DNA from: Candidatus Poribacteria bacterium | Lineage (GTDB): Bacteria; Poribacteria; WGA-4E; WGA-3G | NCBI GenBank assembly: GCA_963663765.2 | Contig: CAXXUA010000002.1 | Location: 32,001 to 96,000 of the forward strand | Reading direction: 5' to 3' | Length of the DNA stretch: 64,000 bases | Shown here: positions 39,782 to 48,800 of the stretch, piece after piece | How the letters are laid out: every line of letters starts with the position of its first letter | Numbering within the stretch: position 1 is the stretch's first letter | Notes under the pieces: model-generated | Database searches by the model: none | What the model saw: the letters and a program-made list of their open reading frames with translations, nothing else | What the model was told of the DNA's origin: nothing | Made by a program: the position numbers and the translations under genes

Positions 39782-39983
39782 CCTAATTTAACGTGAGTTT
39801 AATATTTAATAATTAAAAATTGGTAAATAGAGAACTTCTTTATTATTATCAAGTATACCAAATACTTACAAGGAGTTCTCTGACAGATATTATAACTCTT
39901 TTTTCTGAAATTGGCGACTTTTTTTCGCATTTGAAGGGAATTAACTGGCAATCCCAAGCATTTATGCTTAGGTCAAAAAACGC

Positions 39984-40011
39984 TTGATATTGCGATAAAA
40001 TGTGGTATTAT
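39984..40011 (+). promoter_or_regulatory. Putative promoter of the 40017 RNA
   Basis: TTGATA-16 nt-TATTAT with extended TG. Confidence 0.55.
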
Positions 40012-40016
40012 ATATT

Positions 40017-40097
40017 CAGCATCATAGGACAGGGTTTCTACCTCAATACTTCCCAGTATTGAGTCCTGTCCCCAATCGTAGAAAATTGGTGATGCTG
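40017..40097 (+). ncRNA. Putative pseudoknotted structured RNA
   Basis: Stems cagcatca/tgatgctg, ggacagg/cctgtcc, ctcaatact/agtattgag and ccaat/attgg. The bulge tttctac is complementary to the loop gtagaaa. Confidence 0.6.
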
Positions 40098-40199
40098 GTG
40101 CGAAATAACATAAAACATTAGAATGTAGCAGATTATTTATATTGTAGACGACCTCTACATCCCTGCTACATTCACTAATAAACTACCTTAGGATATACT

Positions 40200-40326
40200 G
40201 AAAGTCACGCCTTGTGGAGTCCGAATAAGACCACATTTTGTGGCACGAGAGACGGAAGCAGGAATCACATAGACTAAAGTTATGTGATTCAAAGAAGCAC
40301 ACGACTTTAGTCGTCGTGAGTATCAC
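40200..40326 (+). mobile_element. IS200/IS605-type right-end (omegaRNA-like) remnant without tnpB
   Basis: gaagcaggaatc...gaagcacacgactttagtcgtcgtgagtatcac: a subterminal hairpin ending in TCAC, the pattern typical of IS605/IS1341 right ends. Confidence 0.6.
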
Positions 40327-40547
40327 AAATATCTTATACCAAACTTATCCCCAAATTTATTGAACCGACGCGCGACCAACTGAATCGTAGAGGCGGCGTT
40401 ACATGGGCACATCTGGCGTTTGCTTACAAACACGTCTTCACACGAAATGACAACGAACTCGTCTGTGCAAGCTTAGAAAAGAAATAAAATCTGGTAAATG
40501 CCACATTGTGAGAGGTGTAATGTATTGTGCATTTACGAACCTTGACG

Positions 40548-40730
40548 GGGTGTGTAAAGTTTTTGTAGAAACCCAGATTTTAAAAGAAGTCCGTCCAGTT
40601 TCTATTAAAGCTTACTTGACGTTACGGAACTGTGGACATCGTAGGGGCGAGGTTTCCTCGCCCGCGTAAAACTTCTGTTCGGGCGGGGAGACCCCGTCCC
40701 TACGCACAGTAACCAAAACTTTACACACCC
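40548..40730. mobile_element. MITE shell with REP doublet
   Basis: TIR gggtgtgtaaagtttt / aaaactttacacaccc, with gtaggggcgaggtttcctcgcccg...cgggcggggagaccccgtccctac inside. Confidence 0.85.
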
Positions 40731-40987
40731 ACTTGAAACCCGCATTTTTTCCTGCTTGAGTAGCTGTCAGTGTTTTGTCATCAAGCATACTAACAATCCG
40801 TTTCGCACGCTGCACCGTCCGAAACGGATGCATGCGTGAACTCGCAAGTCTCCTCAATTCAGCGTTTTCTTCCTCATTGACCTCACGAATGTGATGTATT
40901 CGTTTTCCCATCTCAATTCTCCTCTCCATTTTTTGAATTCAATAGATAGAAGAATTATACCACAATATCTTGACGAGTCAACCACTA
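40731..40987 (-). pseudogene. IS630-family transposase N-terminal fragment with its left end
   Basis: EEENAELRRLA...RAKRIV HTH-like start, truncated by the MITE. End motif gagtcaaccacta at 40975-40987. Confidence 0.7.
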
Positions 40988-41580
40988 AGACGCGTGTTAT
41001 CTGTATTGATGAGATGGGACCGATAAGCGCTAAAACGTATCCTGGCGAAGTTTGGAAACGCGGTGTGGGTCGTGCGACCTTTTAACCGGACTATGGTCGT
41101 CGTGGTAAAGTGTGGGTTCATGGTGCGTTTGAACCTGCGACGGGTCAGGCGGAAATAGTGATTTCAGAGAGAAGGGATAGTGCAAGTCATATAGCATTGC
41201 TTGAGAAAATCATAGAGAAGTTTCCATCAGACAAGTGGCTTTTGATTGAAAACAATCTTTCTACTCACCATAGTCGTGATGTAAAAACCGCATTATTGGC
41301 GTGGCCGAATGTAGGTGTCCAGTTTATTCCGAAATATGCGTGTTGGTTAAACCTGATAGAACCTTGGTGGAAACAACTCAGATCACTGGCATTGAAAGGG
41401 AGAAAGTTTGAGACACAAGATGAACTCATCGAATCCATTGAGAGCGCGGTGTGTTGGTGGAATGCCCATAAACACCCTTACCATTGGAAGAAAGACCCAC
41501 AAGAGCAACCAAGATACAAGTTAGAACCCTATGGAACTTCAATTGAAGATATATCACAAATACTTAAAGAGTGAACCACT
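40988..41580 (+). pseudogene. IS630-family transposase DDE fragment with its right end
   Basis: VICIDEMG, in-frame TAA at 41083, [18 protein letters not shown] and end motif gagtgaaccact. Confidence 0.85.
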
Positions 41581-41674
41581 TATACCAAATTAACGTAATT
41601 TATCTTTTCTCAACGGTAGGTGCGGTTTCCTAACCGCACACTTAGCAAGACGACTCACGTTAATTTGGTATAAG
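41579..41674. mobile_element. MITE shell with single REP
   Basis: TIR cttataccaaattaacgt / acgttaatttggtataag, with gtaggtgcggtttcctaaccgcac inside. Confidence 0.85.
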
Positions 41675-41929
41675 GCTACATTTCGTAGAGTGCGGGGTTT
41701 ATTTTTTAGTTGCATTACATGCTCTTCTAATGTATTATGTAAATCCATTCTTTTGCTTCCTTTTTTATAGGATATATAATAAAGAAAAGCATAAGGATGG
41801 ATTAAAGTAAAGAGAAATTTTCAAATCTTAATAAATTAAGTAAAATTGAATATTACACATATATAAGTAACTGGCACAAGTCGTTAAATTAAGTAAAATA
41901 TTACACAAATATAATTAACTAGCACAATT

Positions 41930-42508
41930 GGTATGGACTGCGAAAACTCGGTATCTCGCGTAAAAAAAGACACTCGGCTATAAGGAACGATGTGATCAAA
42001 AGCGAAAAACCTATCGTGAACAACTCGCAGCTGAAGAACAAAGCGGAAAATCATTAGTTTTTATTGATGAAAGCGGGTTCCGCTCAGAAAGTTTTAGGCG
42101 TTTCGGTTATGCGCCAAAAGGCGAACCGGTTTTTGACCTTATATCAAGCCAAAGAACTCGCACAACAACTGTATTAGCAGCCCGTATAGATAATGTGTTT
42201 ACAACACCGACTCTCTTTGAAGGGAGTTGTAATGCGGAGTGTTTCAATGCGTGGCTTGAATGTCAGTTATGTCCGCGTTTGGGAGAAAACCATCTCGTCA
42301 TATTGGATAATGCACGTATACATAGAACGCTACGCACGCAAGAATTCATAGAAGCAACGGGAGCATCCTTATTGTATTTACCACCTTATTCACCAGACTA
42401 TAATCCATTGAACACGACTTTGCAATCATAAAACGATTACAAGAATATAATAAAGATAAAACACTTGAAGAGAACATAAATATGTATAATTAATCAAAAC
42501 TCTACTAT
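41930..42508 (+). pseudogene. IS630-family transposase fragment (5'-truncated, frameshifted)
   Basis: LRKLGISRKK, VFIDESGF, LDNARIH and LPPYSPDYNP, followed by a frameshift. Confidence 0.85.
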
Positions 42509-42817
42509 AAATGACCATGGGGTTATTATCTTGTGTCTTTTTCACGAGTAAAGAGTAGATGTGCACTAAAGTCTATCCGGTACAACAGCAAGAAGTCATT
42601 TCGCATTGAAATTGAATTATTGTATGTTGACAAATTTCTATTCATAAAAGAAGAATGAATCGTATGAAAAAGATGGCATTTTTTCTGTTAACCTTACTTG
42701 ATCTTTTAATTATCAGCTTACAAACAGCGTATTGTGCTTACGAAGATCGCTTAGGGTTGTATGCATAATTATCACAGACGATTGCACTTTGTAATCAAAC
42801 AAAAAAAGGAGTATATT

Positions 42818-45800
42818 ATGGATTTGTTAAGAAAAAAACCAAATACAATCGTGTCAATGCTTTTTGTCATCTTTTTGATTTTTTGCGGACAAAGTAACAG
42901 TTTCAGTCAGGACCAAAATAATGTACCTGAGATTACCCCAGTTTGTGATAGAACCTCACAGGTACGGGATGCAATTGTTGCTATAGTACCGGGGATAGAT
43001 GAATGTAAGGATATTACATCTACGCATTTGTCTGTGATTTCCAGCCTCAATCTGAGTAACTTGACAATTACGGCTCTCAAGGAAGGTGATTTTGATGGTC
43101 TATCCGCGTTAACATCGCTTTCTATAGGGAATAACCAGTTAACCAGCTTACCAACGACAATCTTTTCAGGTTTATCTTCATTGACAAGGCTTGACTTAGG
43201 TAGTAACAAGTTAAGCAGTCTACATGAGGATATCTTTTCCGGACTGACTTTGCTGAATAGAGTCTATTTATCGTATAACAACTTGAGTAGTCTACCAGAT
43301 GATATTTTTTCTGGACTGTCTTCATTGCAATCGCTTGCGTTAAGTAACAATAATCTCAGTAGTCTACCTGCGGGTCTATTTTCTGGGCTGTCTTCCTTGG
43401 ATTGGTTATCACTAGCTTCCAACAGTTTAAGTGAGTTACCCGATGGTATTTTTTCGGGGTTGTCTTCCCTACGTTCTCTCTCTTTGACTGAAAACTCAGT
43501 TAATTTATCTATTACTGTTTCATTGAAAAAAGTTGGTGATAGTCAATTTAAGGCAATTGCCCCCATCGGAGCACCCTTCAATATCGTTTTGCCGTTGACT
43601 CTTTTGAATGGGAGCATTGGCGACGATACAACTACTGTTACGATTCCCACTGGTAGTGTTGAAAGTGGTTTATTCAATGTTACTCGCACACCCAGCACTA
43701 TAGATCCTATCACTATAGAAATTGGAACTTTGCCGACCTTACCCTCAGGTCATTTCGGTTATCGCCTCGTCGAACCGACATCTACGGAAGAAAACAGTAA
43801 TATACTTAGTTTTGTTGTTACTATTCCCAACGATTACGAATCTACTGATAACAATCCTCCTGTTTTCACCGAGGGTGAAAGGACCACACGCAATATAGCC
43901 GAAAACACACCCACAGGTAAAAACATTGGAGATCCAGTCTTAGCAACAGATGTGGATTCCTATCTGTTGACTTACATTCTCGGTGGTACAGATGCAGCAT
44001 CATTTAGTATTGAGAGTGGTACGGGTCAGTTGAAGACGCGTTCAGCCCTCGACTATGAAACGAAGAATACTTATGCTGTTTCGGTCACAGTTTCAGATGG
44101 AAACCTCACAGATATCATCAGTGTTACCATCAAGGTCACAGATGTGTTTGAAAACAGTGCGCCTGTTTTCGCTGAGGGTGCAACTACCGAACGTTCAATA
44201 GCCGAAAACACACCCGCTGGCAGAAACATCGGAGGTCCTGTGGTTGCAACTGACCCGGATGAAGAGGACACCTTGACTTACATTCTCGGTGGCACAGACG
44301 CAGCAGCATTTAGTATTGAGAGTGGTACGGGTCAGTTGAAGACGCGTTCAGCCCTCGACTATGAAACGAAGAATACTTATGCTGTTTCGGTCACAGTTTC
44401 AGATGGAAACCTCACAGATATCATCAGTGTTACCATCAAGGTCACAGATGTGTTTGAAAACAGTGCGCCTGTTTTCGCTGAGGGTGAAACTACCGAACGT
44501 TCAATAGCCGAAAACACACCCGCTGGCAGAAACATCGGAGGTCCTGTGGTTGCAACTGACCCGGATGAAGAGGACACCTTGACTTACAGTCTTGGTGGCA
44601 CAGACGCAGCAGCATTTAGTATTGAGAGTGGTACGGGTCAGTTGAAGACGCGTTCAGCCCTCGACTTTGAAACGAAGAATACTTATGCTGTTTCGGTCAC
44701 AGTTTCAGATGGAAACCTCACAGATATCATCAGCGTTGCCATCAAGGTCACAGATGTGTTTGAAAACAGTGCGCCTGTTTTCGCTGAGGGTGCAACTACC
44801 GAACGTTCAATAGCCGAAAACACACCCGCTGGCAGAAACATCGGAGGTCCTGTGGTTGCGACTGACCCGGATGAAGAGGACACCTTGACTTACATTCTCG
44901 GTGGCACAGACGCAGCAGCATTTAGTATTGAGAGTGGTACGGGTCAGTTGAAGACGCGTTCAGCCCTCGACTTTGAAACGAAGAATACTTATGCTGTTTC
45001 GGTCACAGTTTCAGATGGAAACCTCACAGATATCATCAGCGTTGCCATCAAGGTCACAGATGTGTTTGAAAACAGTGCGCCTGTTTTCGCTGAGGGTGCA
45101 ACTACCGAACGTTCAATAGCCGAAAACACACCCGCTGGTAGAAACATCGGAGGTCCTGTGGTTGCGACTGACCCGGATGAAGAGGACACCTTGACTTACA
45201 TTCTCGGTGGCACAGATGCAGCAACATTTAGTATTGAGAGTGCTACGGGTCAGTTGAAGACGCGTTCAGCCCTTGACTACGAGACAAAGAATACTTATGC
45301 TGTGTCTGTCTCAGTCTCAGACGGTAATGGTGGATTTGACATCATCAGTGTTGCCATCAAAGTCACAGATGTGTTTGAAAATAACGCACCTGTTTTCGTT
45401 GAGGGTGAAACTACCGAACGTTCAATAGCCGAAAACACACCCGCTGGTAGAAACATCGGAGGTCCTGTGGTTGCGACTGACCCGGATGAAGAGGACACCT
45501 TGACTTACATTCTCGGTGGCACAGATGCAGCAACATTTAGTATTGAGAGTGCTACGGGTCAGTTGAAGACGCGTTCAGCCCTTGACTACGAGACAAAGAA
45601 TACTTATGCTGTGTCTGTCTCAGTCTCAGACGGTAATGGTGGATTTGACATCATCAGTGTTGCCATCAAGGTCACAGATGTGTTTGAAAATAACGCACCT
45701 ATTTTCGTTGAGGGTGCAACTACCGAACGTTCAATAGCCGAAAACACACCCGCTGGTAGAAACATCGGAGGTCCTGTGGTTGCGACTGACCCTGATGAAG

Positions 45801-48800
45801 AGGACACCTTGACTTACATTCTCGGTGGCACAGATGCAGCAACATTTAGTATTGAGAGTGCTACGGGTCAGTTGAAGACGCGTTCAGCCCTTGACTACGA
45901 GACAAAGAATACTTATGCTGTGTCTGTCTCAGTCTCAGACGGTAATGGTGGATTTGACATCATCAGTGTTGCCATCAAGGTCACAGATGTGTTTGAAAAT
46001 AACGCACCTGTTTTCGTTGAGGGTGAAACTACCGAACGTTCAATAGCCGAAAACACACCCGCTGGTAGAAACATCGGAGGTCCTGTGGTTGCGACTGACC
46101 CGGATGAAGAGGACACCTTGACTTACATTCTCGGTGGCACAGATGCAGCAACATTTAGTATTGAGAGTGCTACGGGTCAGTTGAAGACGCGTTCAGCCCT
46201 TGACTACGAGACAAAGAATACTTATGCTGTGTCTGTCTCAGTCTCAGACGGTAATGGTGGAATTGACATCATCAGTGTTGCCATCAAGGTCACAGATGTG
46301 TTTGAGAATAACGCGCCTGTTTTCGTTGAGGGTGAAACTACCGAACGTTCAATAGCCGAAAACACACCCGCTGGCAGAAACATTGGAAGTCCTGTGGTAG
46401 CGACTGACCCGGATGAAGAGGATACCTTGACCTATACACTTGGTGGAGTAGATGCGGTCTCCTTCAGCATTGAGAGTGCTACGGGTCAGTTGAAGACGCG
46501 TGCATTCCTTGACTTTGAAGCAAAGAATACACATTTGGTAGCGGTTACCGTCTCCGATGGTAATGGTGGTACAGACATCATCAGTGTTGTCATCAATGTC
46601 AAGGATTTAGATGAAACACCAACGCTTCACCCACCGGTTTTCGTTGAAGGTGATAGTACCGAACGTTCAATAGCCGAAAACACACCTGCCGGCAGAAACA
46701 TTGGAAGTCCTGTGGTTGCGACTGACCCGGATGAAGAGGACACTTTGACTTACAGTCTCGGTGGCACAGATGCAGCAACATTTAGTATTGAGAGTGCTAC
46801 GGGTCAGCTGAAGACGCGTTCAGCCCTCGACTATGAAACGAAGAATGCTTATGCTGTGTCGGTCACAGTTTCAGATGGAAACCTCACAGATATCATCAGC
46901 GTTGCCATCAAGGTTATAGATGTGTTTGAAAATAACCCGCCCGTTTTCGTTGAAGGTGATAGTACCGAACGTTCAATAGCTGAAAACACACCTGCAGGCA
47001 GAAACATCGGAAGTCCTGTGGTAGCGACTGACCCTGATGAAGAGGACACCTTGACTTACAGTCTCGGTGGCACTGATGCAGCAACATTTAGTATTGAGAG
47101 TGCTACGGGTCAGCTGAAGACGCGTTCAGCCCTCGACTTTGAAACGAAGAATGCTTATGTTGTGTTTGTCTCTGTCTCAGACGGAAATGGTGGAATTGAC
47201 ATCATCAGTGTTGCCATCAAGGTCACAGATGTATTTGAAAATAACCCGCCCGTTTTCGTTGAAGGTGATAGTACCGAACGTTCAATAGCTGAAAACACAC
47301 CTGCAGGCAGAAACATCGGAAGTCCTGTGGTTGCGACTGACCCTGATGAAGAGGACACCTTGACTTACAGTCTCGGTGGCACTGATGCAGCAACATTTAG
47401 TATTAAGAGTGGTACGGGTCAGCTGAAGACGCGTTCAGCCCTCGACTATGAAACGAAGAATGCTTATGTTGTGTTTGTCTCTGTCTCAGACGGTAATGGT
47501 GGATTTGACATCATCAGTGTTGCCATCAAAGTCACAGATGTGTTTGAAAATAACGCACCTGTTTTCGTTGAAGGTGATAGTACCGAACGTTCAATAGCTG
47601 AAAACACACCTGCAGGCAGAAACATCGGAAGTCCTGTGGTTGCGACTGACCCTGATGAAGAGGACACCTTGACTTACAGTCTCGGTGGCACAGATGCAGC
47701 AACATTTAGTATTGAGAGTGCTACGGGTCAGTTGAAGACGCGTTCAACACTTGATTATGAAACGAAGAATGCTTATGTTGTGTTTGTCTCTGTCTCAGAC
47801 GGTAATGGTGGAATTGACATCATCAGTATTGCCATCAAGGTCACAGATGTATTTGAAAATAACCCGCCTGTATTCGTTGAAGGTGATAGTACCGAACGTT
47901 CAATAGTTGAAAACACACCTGCCGGCAGAAACATCGGAGGTCCTGTGGTAGCGACTGACCCTGATGAAGAGGACACCTTGACTTACAGTCTCGGTGGCAC
48001 AGATGCAGCAACATTTAGTATTGAGAGTGCTACGGGTCAGTTAAAAACGCGTTCACTACTTGATTATGAAACGAAGAATGCTTATGTTGTGTTTGTCTCT
48101 GTCTCAGACGGTAATGGTGGAATTGACATCATCAGTGTTGCCATCAAGGTCACAGATGTATTTGAAAATAACCCGCCCGTTTTCGTTGAAGGTGAAACCG
48201 CTACACGAGAAATAGCTGAAAACACACCTGCAGGCAGAAACATCGGAGGTCCTGTGGTTGCGACTGACCCTGATGAAGAGGACACCTTGACTTACAGTCT
48301 CGGTGGTACAGACGCAGCAACATTTAGTATTGAGAGTGCTACGGGTCAGTTGAAGACGCGTTCAATCCTCGACTTTGAAACGAAGAATGCTTATGCGGTG
48401 TCTGTCTCTGTCTCAGACGGTAATGGTGGGATTGACATCATCAGTGTTGCCATCAAGGTCACAGATGTATTTGAAAATAGTCCGCCCGTTTTCGTTGAAG
48501 GTGAAACCGCTACACGAGAAATAGCTGAAAACACACCTGCAGGCAGAAACATCGGAGGTCCTGTGGTTGCGACTGACCCGGATGAAGAGGACACCTTGAC
48601 TTACATTCTCGGTGGCACAGATGCAGCAACATTTAGTATTGAGAGTGGTACGGGTCAGTTGAAGACGCGTTCAGCCCTCGACTTTGAGACGAAGAATGCT
48701 TATGCAGTGTCTGTCTCTGTCTCAGACGGTAATGGTGGGATTGACATCATCAGTGTTGCCATCAAGGTCACAGATGTATTTGAAAATAGTCCGCCCGTTT

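Noticed and set aside
40017-40097. Hammerhead ribozyme, purine riboswitch or tRNA
   Set aside because: No CUGANGA core and no tRNA T-arm consensus. The UUUCUAC motif is present but the surrounding purine-riboswitch architecture is not evident.
42508-42527. aaatgaccatggggttatt as a DUF1670-element end remnant
   Set aside because: Partial gapped similarity only, adjacent to an IS630 end. Not enough to call.
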